Assembly: GCF_002113885.1 (NCBI RefSeq)
Contig: NW_018408727.1
Span: forward strand, 214,334 to 278,333
Reading direction: 5' to 3'
Length of the DNA: 64,000 bases
Source of the DNA: Mizuhopecten yessoensis
Taxonomy: Eukaryota
Shown here: one piece after another, positions 50,140 to 64,000 of the stretch
Position numbering within the stretch: position 1 is the stretch's first letter
Layout: each line of letters opens with the position of its first letter
Position numbers and translations under genes: made by a program
Notes under the pieces: generated by a model
Database searches by the model: none
What the model saw: the letters and a program-made list of their open reading frames with translations, nothing else
What the model was told of the DNA's origin: nothing

Positions 50140-50455
50140 AACACTGTGTCAAATAGACCAACTTTATATTTGAATATTTTATGCATCCCCAAGATGACAG
50201 AGAACGTTAAATGCGTCCTGGAGATGGCATTGCGTCAAACAGACCACTTTGTATATGGATGATCCACACTGTCTTCAGACTAACACTGTTTCAAATAGAC
50301 AACTTCGTTTATCAAAGCTAGGTACATCCTCATCCTACTAAGGTGTCAAACAGACCACTTTGTATATGGATAATCGACACTGTCTTCAGACTAACACTGT
50401 TTCAAATAGACAACTTCGTATATCGAAGTTTAGTATATCCTCTGTCAAACAGACA
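50140..50455. repeat. About 110-bp degenerate tandem repeat
   Basis: GTCAAACAGACCACTTTGTATATGGAT...ACACTGTCTTCAGACTAACACTGTTTCAAATAGACAACTTCGT twice, plus partial copies. Confidence 0.8.
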
Positions 50456-53410
50456 CTATATGTACTTATATCCATGTGTTGAATTATATCAAATGCACTA
50501 CTTAAACAAGTTAAAGGTTTACTCTTATATCAATACAATCCTTCCTCCAATTCGTCTCTTTGCTGATTGGCTGTTACGGTGTTAGCCGATCCGAGTTTTC
50601 CTGTCAGATTATCATTGACATATCTTAGACTTACAGAAATGTCATACACAAACCAATTAATGTAATTTAACTGTATCTTATTGTGGCGTGTCACTAGATC
50701 GCCATTAACATACTACTCTTACCAAGTGAAATAAACCTGAAAGCGTGTAATGTTAATCAATGGAGTAAACAATCGCTGAATGTAATTTTTCCCACCTGCT
50801 CCCGTTGAAATAACCGGTTTTAAAATATTTGAGACTGAAATATCAATAATGTTAGTGATTATCATTACCGTGACTGTTGAAGTAGAGTTAAATGATATAA
50901 TTGGGGAGCACGTCTCGGCCAAATGTCGAGCCAGACGTGTTTCTACAGAGGGGTTGAAAGGTTCTATGTATCTAATAAATGTCGACTCAATAGCACTACA
51001 AACAACCTACAAATGGATGTGTAACGTTATTTGCGATCTTTAAACCATTTAAATTGCATGGCTTCAAGTCAGTGCTTGCCTTGTGTAAGTTTGTATATAT
51101 ATATTGCGTATACATTCTGTTATCTCTGTCATGGCAGGGGACACATTGGTATAAACATGTATACAGTAAATACGCACATTGCCAATACATACTTGACATC
51201 AACTCTTCAGAAATATGATCACCACTCGTTTTTAGAGACAAATGTTACTCGAGAAATATAAGTAATCAGATAGTAACATCGCATGTTAGTGGTGCATATA
51301 ATATAATATATCTACCCGACAAACGTATGGTACTAGGCCCGCTACGACCGGTGACAGTATATATTAGCAGTGGGAGATGTTGATGCACAGTAGTCACACA
51401 TTACCTAGTTAATTACCTACCTGCAATTGGTCACACCATTTGTTTTGGTTCCTGGTCACGTCCAGGTGTCACAATCCATGTTCTCCTTCCTAATCACCAA
51501 CAGACCATGACATCACGGTTGAGATCGAAGCTTCCCAAAGTTTACCTACCTAAGTACGTATTGATCAAGTCTGAGCGATACCTCTGTATTACCACTCCAT
51601 GGGATGGGTACTTACCGAGAGCTGAAGTGGATGTTTGTCAACTCATTTAGAAGTATTCTCGACGTGTCTATGTCTAAAAACACAACATGTATACACAGGA
51701 TACAAACCTGGACAGACGCCACATGTGGGACAGGAAATGCTTTTGTTTTTTTTGTATCGACTTTGACTAAGATTTTGTCCTTGCGTGTTCAATATGGCGT
51801 TTCGTTTTTACTTGGACAGGCTAAAATTCCCATTGAACTTACAAATGAATAATGACACAAAAGTGGGTCTGTAAGAGTGCATAGAGACAAACACATGTAT
51901 TTGCATAATCAAAACGAGAACGTCAAATGGGTTAAGTTAATGAATCCAATATAATTAACACTTCATTTTAAACATTTTCATTCTTCGAAAATTTAAATAC
52001 ACCCTACAGGCACAGGAGTACAAATATTATCTATCGGGTTAATACATTTCTTTCCATTTTCATTGGATGTGATATGTGCGTTTTGCTTTTCTCTTTAGCA
52101 TCAACACACCTGTCGGTCTGCTTTTACATAGCTGTGATACCGACCATTCACTAGAAACCGTTTAGGCAAACATTTTATTTAACCTTCTAAAATTTCTCGT
52201 TAGAATTAGAGCTTCTATAAATGTCATGTGTGCAATTTATAAAATGTTACAGTGGAAAATGACGAATTCTGATTTATGATGACGTAATATGTGTTCTCAA
52301 ATAATAAAACGAGTTCATATGCCTGAGACATACCTGTATAACCTTGCTATAACGAACTTATTCCTTATGATGTTCAAAATAAACATGTTTCACTGTATAT
52401 AATAATCACTTTCTTATTTTGATTTTGTTTTGATTTAAACAGAACATTCGTACGACTTATTTTTTTATTTGAATATACCGTAAACAGGAACATGTTCACC
52501 GTAGATGAACTTTTTCGACCTCCGTAATAAAGGCGAATTTATCATAAAGCAAATACTAGGAAACAAATTAAAAGCAATAGCAATTTAATATGAAGGGCGA
52601 AACTATGACTGGGCGAATGGAGAATTTACCGACGAAGAGCGAAAGTAAGACTGGGCGAAAGTTGCCAGGTACACAGCTTTGCCGACGGAGCGATCCCCAG
52701 CGGTGACACGGCCTCCATTGCGGGTGTATCCAGGGACAAATACGAATGTGGACTCTTTCTTCTGACACTGACGGGCTGAAGACTCGGATTTTAAATGTTC
52801 AATACACAACTATAACATTTCAATGAGATCAATAGGCTGCCATGTAAACACACTTAATCAGCGCCGAGAACTACACTGTGAAATGAGTCACATTACTAGT
52901 TACAATTATATGTATTATAGTTATTTATATGGGTATTTCCATACTATTGTAGTCTTTTGATTTATTTTTTTTATCAAAATTTCTAATTAACATTTTTATA
53001 GGTAATCTGTATCTAATTCGACCTTTAAATATAATGGCCAACACGTGACACTGTACATGTATTGTACAGGAATATATTAACGTAGGTATCCCTTATATGT
53101 CAGTTATGTACGACAGGCTATATCATTTGATGGTTCCGTCTTGCTGATACATGATACCCCTAGAGATGGTATGATACAGGGAATAATTAATAAACGTTAT
53201 AAAGGATATTGTAATCAGCAGTCTTAATTAATGGTATGGCTGCGTTAGGTTATAATCCAGAGCTTCGTAAGACATGTATAAAATCAAACTTTGTAATGGT
53301 TCCTAGCAAGGACACAATGTTTAAAATTGCCGTAAAAGTTGTTTTTGCTGATTAATTTTGTTTAATGGACAGTTATATGAAATTTAACAACAGAAGTGAA
53401 AAACTTAAAA

Positions 53411-53753
53411 TTAATAATAATTCGAGGTTCTTATATACCGCTTTATCACAACCTAGTTTGTAGGTCGTCTCAAAGAGGTTCACAAATTATTATCCTTGGT
53501 TATAGGGCCTTTGCAACCAGCCAATATCGTTCTCAATTCCCTGGGGAGCATACAGCCGATGCTGCCATTTCGGCGCTCACAGCTAGCATTCTAAAATTCT
53601 GGCACTACCCAATCACGTACTCATTTACAGCTGAGTAGACTGGAACAAGCGGAGTAAAGTGTCTTGCTCAAGGATACAACACAGTGCCGTGCCTCGAACC
53701 CGCAACCCTTCGGTCAGGAGCCCGGCGTCCTACCACTAGACAACCGCGCCTCC
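53411..53753 (-). mobile_element. Apparently full-length tRNA-derived SINE with (ATT)n tail
   Basis: Minus-strand GGAGGCGCGGTTGTCTAGTGGTAGGACG, B-box GGTTCGAGGC, CCTTGAGCAAGACACTT central motif, tail AAGCGGTATATAAGAACCTCGAATTATTATT. Confidence 0.82.
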
Positions 53754-54453
53754 TTATGATACGTTGCTGTATATTATCATTGTGCGTCCTAGATGTACTT
53801 AACACGGTTTTAAAATATTTTGCTTCTTACCTGCTCGATTCTTGGTCATCTTTGAAATCATCGCCTGTCCAAAGTGATATCAGCCAATCCGTCTCCAAAT
53901 GTTACCAGAAGCAATGGCAGAGCTGAAATGAGTTTGGTCTGATAAGCAATATACATTGTATTTATGATTACGTGTATTAAATGTACCGTAATGAACCATT
54001 GGTATGTTATCCTTTAAGATAAAGTAAACTGGAGTCTAAGTGTTATGAATAATTAGGCATGTGTAAGACTCTCCACGTACCTGTTAATTGGCCTTTTACA
54101 CCTATTAAGTGGTCATCGTCATCCTCTCCATATTGATACTTGGTCGCACGGTTCTCTGCTCACATACGGAGAGCTGGACCACAGACTCTTTGTTAGAGAA
54201 TAAAACTATAGGTCAACAGAGGGCAATATCGCACCCCGTCACCCGTCCGTCAGGTCACGTCTGGTCAACTTCACACGGTGAAATTAGATACCATAACACT
54301 TGTATCACAACCTATCTTTGTTTAAAGTTTAACTTCCAAAGAGGAGTACATGAATTTAAGCGAATTTATGAACATTGGTTAATATTGTTTACAAATATTG
54401 ACATATTAAAGCAATTGTGATGTTAATTGTGTATGATAACCATACTCTGTTGT

Positions 54454-54522
54454 CCTGTCTGTAGGTGTCATCCTAGGGCCTTTGTCTCCTGTCTGTAGGT
54501 GTCATCCTAGGGCCTTTGTCTC
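54454..54522. repeat. 34-bp tandem duplication
   Basis: CCTGTCTGTAGGTGTCATCCTAGGGCCTTTGTCT twice. Confidence 0.85.
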
Positions 54523-57073
54523 GAGTGTTGGCATCATTTCAAGTCTTCAGTTGTATACCCAGTGACAGGAGGGCTCGTTCCATTGTGTGTATCCGTTGAT
54601 CTACCTCATTTCACTATGACTTCATCGGAAATACATACCCACAAGTAACTTGTCGTAAACATATTAATGGACCAAGTAAGCGCGTCATTTCAAATTATCG
54701 TTGCACCAAATACTGGTATTGAATTGCCAACAGGGTGATTATTTTTAATAATATTTCTGGCGTAAGTGGCTGAAACGTCTCAACTATTGTTAATGTTTCA
54801 AATACCATAAGCATTGCCAATAAGTTACACTATCACTCGCAATATCTCAAATACCAATTCAATGGGACAGTTTTACACAAACTTATCGGAACAAGAGTGC
54901 CTATTTTTTCGATAGACTGACGAAATCAAGTAATTAAAAGAATATCAAATCTGAAAGGTCATTGAACGTTACATATCATTGTCAAGATGGATGTGACATA
55001 GAGGTCCAGTGATATTTAATCCCTGACGAAGGGCTAAGCCCGAAAGTTTGCAAAAGAGTGACTTACAAGTTCATTAATAACATTGAAGACATAAGATATC
55101 AACTTGGTTATTAAAAACTATTTGTATATTTAAAACATAATCAAACAATGAAATGGAAAACTTTATTATTTATTCATTTAAATAAATGAGTTATGGATAA
55201 ATTGTATTTGATAACTTGGTAACCGGTCATCGTAGTACGGGAACACATCGACCCAAATATTGTTTAAATCTGCTTGAAGCTAACGTATATATGGGAAATA
55301 TTACAGACACACAAAACCAACAATCTAAAGACGCACGCCATTCCTCCAAACAAGCATACCTCAACTGTATCACAGAAAATTACACCAATATCATTGCATG
55401 ATATGGCATAAAATGATACATCATATAAAGTAGAAATACATCTTTCACGGATTATGTGAAATAAAGTGATATAAGATTATAAGATTACTTAAAATTACAC
55501 ACATGTATTAGACGCTTAAAAAATCTCATTCCTTTAAGGTAATCACATTGTTTGGGGAGATAGGGGAGGGGGACGGAGTAAAATATAACGTTATCAACCA
55601 ATGTGAGTTTCATATGATGAAAACAATGTGCTACAGTTCTACAACATCTATGTTTTGATAATTCAGTGACTTAATTGAAATGCAATGTGATTAGTTGATT
55701 CGGACCAATTACACGTTTTGATCAGTTCTGCATTTTTTATAACAATTTTTCCCGGCGATACATCGAATGTAACAATGCAAAGTAAGTTGTAGTTTTGTTC
55801 TAGTCTGATGAAAAAACACTTCTATTAATTGAGCACACCACATTCCAAATAGCTACATTGTATATTCTTAACTTGACTATTGTGGCATCGTAATACAAAG
55901 CTTTGGTTTGAAGATGACTTTATAATCAAAAGGCCTGGTGCAAATTGATTGCTGCAATATTTAGATCATTTACCTATTTGATCTGTAGTAACTAGAATAG
56001 TCGTGTCCCAGGAAAACACTAGTTATGTTTCAGCGTCGTTTGGGTGACAGTTTTTTTTATTTCATATTTTTCGTTCTTGATTGGTACTTTTAAATACCAT
56101 TAACGAAAAGGTAATACTGAAGTGTGAACAGCATCGTTTTTGTCCTCGAAATCGATGAAATTATAGCAAAATATGAACAAAGTCAAGGTTAACATGGCGT
56201 AATATCGGACAAAAACCAGAATAATATATAACGGTTTTATAGTATAATAGAGGATCTCCTACGAGTTAATATTGATATTAATTTATATCGATTTTCGTGA
56301 GTTAACTCTCAAGTACATTTTTAGCAAGTCACGAGAATGGTTATAAATCCTACTCGACCATCATGAGTAGGGTATGTTGTTTCTCCTCAAGCACGAAAGT
56401 AAACAGCCCCGGTTTGACGTCACGCTGCGGGAGATTATATCACACTGTGGAATAGCAAATAGATACATTACGAACTGGGAGTGATAGTCGTTATTGGTGA
56501 CATCATTTTCTTTTCATACCTATGCTGTTTATGGTCCTAAAACACTTCTTAGTGCTTTAATGTACATGTATAAGATAGCTTCCACATCCCAAGTGTCCAT
56601 GCATATGTCCCTTTTCCTTCAAAGGAAGTTGTGATTTGTGATAATGATGTTAATCTAAAATGTACCTCTACAAAACAAGACGATATTTACGCTAAGCACT
56701 AGTTTACCAGTACAATTATAGTTTTCGTAACTGGAATTGGTTATCGAAAAGTTGATAGTCCAATTAGGCCCTAAGTCAGTATTACATTTAATTTACACTA
56801 TTGATTATCATAAAAATGCACTAAACACAACAACAAACATGTCGAGCAAAACACCTAATCCTCTTTCCTTACACACGTGATTACGATTTGAGGTATTTCA
56901 AATCACATCAATGTTTATGAGAAACAAAATAAAACATCTTATTGAGATAACAAGTCCACCATGAAATAAATTGACGTTTAACTTTCGTGCGTAGTTTCAA
57001 TTGAACTGTATAACATGTTTTGCGTGGTGTTTTGGTAATTTTCTTTGGCACATCTTGTTTGAGATATTCTAAC

Positions 57074-58003
57074 TCACTTCCTCTTGCCGGTGAGTATCCT
57101 TTTAGTGTCCTTGGTAAGAGAGGGGAGCGTTGGTTTAAACACTTGCCCATACCCTGGCGGGCTCTTCGACCTGTTGGAGGTCTGATGAGTCATCACCAGT
57201 ATGTTCTTGATATCTTTGATGTCGCGGCCCATAACCTCGTTCTGTTCCCTCAGAAGCCTCATCTCCTCCCATTGTTTTCTCATCACTTCTCTCATTTTCT
57301 CCACCTCGTGTCTCATCGTGTGCGACATTCGCGATAACTCCTCCTTGAACTTCACTTGCATGTTGCTCTTATCGTTTTCGAACAGCCTTAATTTACTGCC
57401 TTGTGTGGTGATGATCGTCCGCGCCTTCTCGAGTTCCTTTTCCATTGTATCCAAGTTTGTTTTGAGTGCATCTACCTCTTTCTGCAGTTCAGCAATGTGC
57501 CCTTCCTTATCCTCGTAGGCTGTGCCTTTCTCCAGACGTTTGTTTTCTGCTTGAAGTCTCCTCAGTTCTTTTTGAAGGTCGTTTGCGTAAGATCTGCTTG
57601 CACTGATGTCGCTCTTTATTTCCATGATATGTTGTTGTAGTCCCTCAATCGCCGAAACTTTGTGTTTGTTTTCACTTTCGAGATTCCCAATCTTACTTTC
57701 CTGGGTAGCTAATGCCAACTTTAAATCGTCAATTTCCCCTTGTTTTTCTTTCATTTTCTTCTCTGTCTTTTCAACAGCAGAATATTTGTCTTTCTCGTGA
57801 CTCTTGTTGTCGATAGTAAGGCGCATCCGCAGTGTCTCAATTTGAAGTTGTAGAGTTTGATTGAGGCCGAGTAGCTGGGTTAAAACTGGGACCGACTCCT
57901 CCTGATCAGCATCATCATCCACCTTTCCTTGGAAATGTGTAGCTAGTTTTTCTGATTTAGGGGTCACGGTGCCGTCACCACCAGATCCTTGTGTCTTCTT
58001 CAT
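57074..58003 (-). CDS. Coiled-coil protein paralogue B (309 aa; up to 9 more codons from acceptor at 58030)
   Basis: Shares LNxTLxxQIETLRxR and MRxEVExMREVMxxQxEEMRxLREQN...DIKxIL with paralogue A; both end KRK; acceptor TTTAACAG before 58030. Confidence 0.88.
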   Translation of the reverse strand: MKKTQGSGGDGTVTPKSEKLATHFQGKVDDDADQEESVPVLTQLLGLNQTLQLQIETLRMRLTIDNKSHEKDKYSAVEKTEKKMKEKQGEIDDLKLALATQESKIGNLESENKHKVSAIEGLQQHIMEIKSDISASRSYANDLQKELRRLQAENKRLEKGTAYEDKEGHIAELQKEVDALKTNLDTMEKELEKARTIITTQGSKLRLFENDKSNMQVKFKEELSRMSHTMRHEVEKMREVMRKQWEEMRLLREQNEVMGRDIKDIKNILVMTHQTSNRSKSPPGYGQVFKPTLPSLTKDTKRILTGKRK

Positions 58004-61000
58004 TGCCTGGCCGTCTACCCGGAAGTCTTTCTGTTAAATAGGATAATTGTATTATTTAGTCAAACCTTGATATAATATGCACCTCAATCCACCCTGCTTC
58101 TAACATATTTCGAAATCCCATTTTCATTTTTTCCTGATCAATGTATTTATACACCATCCTTGATATCACCAAACCCTTTGAAATATACAATGCCACAATT
58201 ATGCTTGGTATTGTTATAGTATAGAGAGGTTTTTACTCTGCATACGGATTCATGATATGTCTTTTTAGATTATTTTAACAAGGATAATGTAACCGATAAT
58301 GAAAGGTGATATTCGTACTTTTAAATGTATTAGACACTATGTTTAAGAAACATTTTCAAATTTTGAAAGCTCCTTTTGAGTTACTATTGCCTGTTAATTA
58401 ATAAATACTTATGACACAGTGATAGTGTGACAGTGCACGTCAACTTACTAATATCGCGATGGTGAACAACATTCTGTCGCAGAAAAAAACTAACCCAGCA
58501 GTAGAAACGAATAGAGCTTATATCATAATATCCAATTTTAACAAGTTGCATTCGTGTATAGATACTAATAGAAGTTCATGTTTAGTTATAAATATTAATG
58601 TTGGTACTTACCCCTGGAATACGAGGGGTTCCTTGTGACGCCATTGTTGCGAACTGAAAAAAATGGAACTGTATTGTACAAGTGTCTATATTGTGCCTCC
58701 TTTGTTCTTAAAGACACACTGATATTATCCTTTTGAGAATTGTGTACACAATTTACAAAGGCGTTAAATCGCAACAAAGGCATTGAATAGTGACCAAATT
58801 ACATGTCTAGCACGAGACCTTCTGATAAATAATTTCGTTATATACCGACACAGCTTGTTACTTGACCACCTTCAACTTATCATAAACAACATGTTAACAT
58901 TTTAATGTGTTATAATCATAAGCAAAGAACATATTACAATATGATAAACTTTATTCCGAATGACATACCTTCCTGAGAATAATCCTGCAACTGAATGTCT
59001 ATTAATATATCCACGTCCAATCCAGCGGGGTTTCCTTCCTCAGACAAGACAGTGACGTGATCACCATGTCATATCTGAACTACCATTTTGACTAAATCCA
59101 CAGTTACACCAACTGACGATCTAAATTACAATATTTTGACGATGAGCACTGTCTGTGACCTCTAACAATCTACATACTAAGTGGTACACACGTACTGTTT
59201 CTTTGTAACGTCTGCTGCTTAATACCTGAATAATTCATAATCCGATTGTATGACAAAGTATATATCAGAGTGCTGTAGTTATAGTTTTTAAAAGCGTACT
59301 TTACTTCAATACAAATAAAAGCAGACCACCAAACGTATGTTATGGTAGATTCCTGTGTATCCGCTCGTAATAAGTCTAAACGTCTGACCTTGACCTCTCT
59401 TTATTGATTAACTGCAATCATTGAACGATAGTGAGACTGTGCAAATGGAAGTGATTAAAACTTGGATATATCCCAAAACTCTAAGTCCTTTATCATGAGT
59501 ATCTGTAAACTACCTGTCGTTGACAGATTGTTCTACTGTTCACAAAGCAAACACATTGGGAGCACTTCCTTTATACACTATTTGCATACGTAGAGTGCTA
59601 TCATTTTTATGTTCCATGTCCACATGTGAAAATACACTATATTTTTAAATGCTGTTAATTGAAGACGAGTTTAAAAGACTTTGTGATACATCCAATTGAA
59701 CAATTTAAGATAGATACTGTTTTATCGAACTTACTCGAAAGTACACGGGCAAAATTTCTTTGTTTCATTTTAAGGTCAAATTTAGGTCAAATTGACATCA
59801 AGAAATTTAAAAAATGGAATAGAAACAGTTTGAAAAGTATTGTGTGTAACGATTTCAACTTTTCATCTTAGAAATTTAAAAAAAACCCAGAGAAAACTGT
59901 CACTGGAGTCATGACACCGGCAGGGTGCATCATTTGAACGGTCTTTGTTTGCGTGAACTCATGTATTGTGAGAAGTGTCAATGTAATACTTTATCAATAC
60001 AAAAATGGTGTTTGTTAAACTTGTTCAGTATAGTTTGTAGTCTTCCTGAAATCACACTTGACAGCACGTTTCTGCTAGGAGGACGATACTTTAATGGCCA
60101 AAACATCACACTCGATAGCTTGTTTCTACTCGGCGAAAGAGATGCCACAGAACCATAGACGAGATTGTATCGTTAAACGATATTTCCTTGTGTCGACGAG
60201 TAGGTGACATATTCCTGGCTGAATGGATAAAACCACATCAACGAAACGTCGTTTAATAGGTCTTACCTAGATAAATATTGCTAAAACATGCTGTAATTCA
60301 CGCATTATAAATTACGATTACCTTACCCCATCAGATTAAATAGAGCTCAACTACAATTGACTGTTATCAATCATGTTTATCTAACTCAAGATAGGTAAGT
60401 TTTCTTTTTATAATTAAAATAATAAAATAAGAGTTAACCCAATCACAGAGACGGAAGATATCAATAAACTTACTGATGAACACGTTTATTTAACAAACAT
60501 CGTATTTTATCTTGGAAGCTAATGAATATGGCGTAATTGTTGAAGAAAATGATGTCTAATAAGATTTGAATAACAATCATGCAACGCAGTCAAATAAACC
60601 AGGTTATAACAATGCATAGATCACTTCAGTATACAGAAACACAATAGTATTTATGTATTGTTTTACAAAATACAGACACATAAATATATCAAATGTGACT
60701 TTATTGATTTCTAACAAATATATCAATACAATACATAAATTTAACATAATACTGTTTTCTTACTAACAATATAGCATAATAATTAACACAAGACGTATAT
60801 TGCAATATCGTTAATGAGCTAAAACATCTATATACGACTGTCCTACTATCCATCCGGTGTTTTGGTGACTTGCTGATCCGTCTTTTACAAGACTATCCTA
60901 ATGATGCAACCACCTCTCCATCCGTTCACTTTTGCAGGAAACAAAGTCTGGCTGGATCACCGAGGCTCCAGTGTATAACATACACAAAGTTTTAATAATA

Positions 61001-62310
61001 ACATGTGAAATGCTTACGAAAATCCAACATTACCATTGAAAAACAATTTAATGTGCAATAAGAAATTAAAATTGTATTGCAAACAAAAATTGCAAGGACA
61101 AAGACAGGTTCCTGGTAACTAGGCGGACAAACTTTATCAACTATTGGGTGTCATGTGTCTATACTGTGTGTAAATATACTAAAAGCTTGCTATATTAACT
61201 CACTGTAAATGGTTCTCTAAAACCAAAGTCCTACCGTATTTTGATTTTATTGGAATATTTTCGGTAGGTCCATGTACTTTATTTACACCTGTCAATGGCC
61301 TGAATTACCGCCTCTATGGCTCAAAGACTCCATTCAGCACTCGTCGAGTTTCGGGCCTCAATAGAAATTCATTCAATAAGTATTAATGGTTATAAACTAT
61401 TACTCGTTTTTATTTTCAATTCGCAATCGAGTTGCTGTAGAGTCTACCTAAACCCGTTTTCTAAAGTCGTTTTATTTTCGACTGTTTAGAACTAATATAA
61501 ATAGTATGCGTATGTAAGCCCCTAACAAAACCACTATTAGACTGGATAATACGCTCATTATACGGGCGCTCGAATTCTTTTGAATCGAACACAAAAACAG
61601 AACATTGGATAAGCACCAGTTACACAAAACTTTAAATCTATATATCGATCAGACATGTACATAGCTAAGGTGGCTCGACCACCGTTTATAAAACATGCCA
61701 GTCAATGACATGTTAGAGCCTTGTATTTTCAATATATATCTTTCACCATGTAAAATGTGACATCTAATTTCATAGCAATCCGTCTGATTTATACAAACAT
61801 CTTAGATAGCCTTTTTGTGTATTATGCATGTCATGTAGTATAGAAGCATCTGTAGCGACAGAATGATATAATACCTTAACATAACTGTATAAATTGAGTA
61901 GAACGAATACATGCCAAAATGTTTAGAAACGATGTACTAACAAATACTTATACAGATTCCACCAATATCCATAGTGTGACACGGTAACAACATAACTTAC
62001 ACTATACATCACTGTCACGTTGCACGACAACGGTAATAGAAAAAAATGGACCACATTTAAATTGAAATAGTCTCTCAGTTTCTTTGAATATGTTGTGGAA
62101 TCATCATCCTTAAAAGATTCGGAATTGTCGGGAAATGTTATAGTTCTGCGGCCGGAATCTTATTATAAATACTGTTCATTTTCCTAATGCTCCAATGGAC
62201 TAGTGGTAGTCCATGTCGCCAGAATGGTCCTGCCAACCAATTGACTACGGTCACGCCAGTGAAATGATGTTTCTGGTATTTCTCTACATTGTTCGACATT
62301 CAAACTTCCT

Positions 62311-62745
62311 CTACATCCCTGCCTGGAACAGAAAGTCTCCGAGCTTCATCACCTGTTCGTTACACTCCGACGCCACAGCGCGAGAGTCGTTTACACATAA
62401 AATAAGCAGGGACTGGGTTCGACACACGGTGCAGCCGTACTCTTCTGCCCGGGCGTAGATACCCTGTTTTCCGTCCGCCAGTCGGACGTCGTAATGCCGA
62501 CCACAGACGGTCACGCCGTTCCTAACAACCAAATCGGGATACAATACTCCCTCGGCAATGTGGCTCAACTCACACGCTTGGATCTTAAAGTTTTCCGTGC
62601 CTATGATCCGCCTCTTGGTTCGGCGGTCAAATATGGCCATCTGACACGAGTTGGCCTCCACGATGTTTTCCAGCACATAGTCTTCCCAAATCTTCAGGAG
62701 ATACTCCTCCTTGAGTGATATACTGTCTATTCGTTGTAGCTCCAT
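62311..62745 (-). CDS. Profilin-family protein (divergent), intronless CDS
   Basis: 144 aa with profilin hallmarks: WEDYV N-terminal helix, AIFD, NGVTVCGRHY, IYAR...G...RT..LLI, and C-terminal VMKLGDFLFQAG helix. Confidence 0.85.
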   Translation of the reverse strand: MELQRIDSISLKEEYLLKIWEDYVLENIVEANSCQMAIFDRRTKRRIIGTENFKIQACELSHIAEGVLYPDLVVRNGVTVCGRHYDVRLADGKQGIYARAEEYGCTVCRTQSLLILCVNDSRAVASECNEQVMKLGDFLFQAGM

Positions 62746-64000
62746 ATTAGTCTGACAGTTAACTCCTGTCTACAGAGATAAAGTGTCACCTGCTACTATC
62801 AACATACCGCTCGTGTGTGTGTACTAAGCCAAATTCTACCCCGTCAACCGTGCTAGGGCTTACAGGTAATTAATAGACTCGTATATATTGAACAGCAATC
62901 AATGTGTGGGAATCTCGCGTTTAAACACATGACAATAAGCTTTCATGACCTAACAGGTTACCGTATTTATCACACAAAATAATCAATTAATATTTGGAAT
63001 TGTCCCACTAAATGATGGGTCGATGTTTAAGCTAGGAGATAAAGCCATGTGTATGTCGACGTGAAGTGGGATAGTTATTTCTCAGTAGCGGTCATGCAAA
63101 CACTCAGAGTGTTAGAGGGGGTCAGTCGTAACCTGTATCATATGCATTATTTATATTTCCTATCAATGAAATCCATTAGGTGAAGTCATTCGTTACCTGG
63201 AACACATTGTTTTATTTACAATACAAAGCCAGCAGACATGTGCTCTATTAAAACCGTCTTGTTTGTTCACTTGTTTGCGATTACTAAATAAATGCTGAAC
63301 ATAACTAAAGTAGCATACGTCCTTTTGATATTCTCGCGTTATCGTCCTACGATAAGTAAGAAATATTAACTTGAAAAATAATTAATGAGTCACGTTTTGT
63401 ATTTACGTCTTTGACTACACAATAGTATATGTACAAATTCTAGAGAAATACATGAACATTTTGATGTCACAAGCTAATTCACGAGACATTCGAATAGACA
63501 GTAGATTGTCTCATGTTATTCAGTGTTTTACATCAAGTTAATTATAATAATCGTGTGGCCATCAGGTAGTGGTGTCAAGCAAAAGGCAGTTCTATTTTTT
63601 ATACGAATTAAACTTCCGACTCTTATATAAAATCAGGAAATTATTTTTTTCTTTCGGAGATAAGCACAACCAAAATATTAAGAGAAAAAAATGATAAAAA
63701 GCGATTGTGATGTGTTTGCTATAATTTTAACTTTTTTAACAGAACCAAATTTAATACCAACAGTACCGATTTATTAATAAAATTATAAACGATTAACTAA
63801 ACCAAGGTGACCGAATGCAGGATAGACAGCCATCGGTTATCGACGGTTCTGATATCATTTAATAGTTTCATGTAATTTATTACTGGCATTAAAAGGCAGT
63901 AGGAAAAAATACAATATTAGAAAAGATGATACATCGAAACAAAAGGGAAATGTTCCAATGACCTCCAGCAAACTAAGTAAATTGTGCAATGATAATACAA

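Noticed and set aside
58969-59090. Upstream coding exon for paralogue B
   Set aside because: It has an AAG|GTATGT donor, but no ATG-initiated frame joins the main ORF; at most a 5' UTR exon.

Overview
AT-rich, intron-rich animal genomic DNA. The SINE, MITE and pearl-like repeat landscape suggests a bivalve mollusc (inference). There is one 472-nt N gap at 38225-38696. All recognisable genes are on the minus strand. (1) A multi-exon ROCO gene with a Neuralized/NHR domain, a ROC GTPase and COR. I could splice 14 coding exons in frame through GT-AG introns (28058 to 45, 841 codons), and the gene runs off the left edge. (2) Two diverged tandem paralogues encoding coiled-coil proteins (46692-45229 and 58003-57074). 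(3) A divergent profilin with an intronless CDS (62745-62311). Two observations stand out. First, several intronic minisatellites in the ROCO gene are tandem amplifications of its own exon-intron junctions (two donors, one acceptor), and further arrays carry sense-strand 5' splice-site motifs, so the pre-mRNA contains dozens of decoy, recursive-like or U1-binding sites. Second, there is a complete 429-bp non-autonomous LTR retrotransposon at 32085-32513 (TG...CA LTRs, PBS-like TGG, PPT, 4-bp TSD) whose LTRs contain a tRNA-like A/B-box module, plus three solo-LTR-like relatives. Everything was read by eye; no searches were run.
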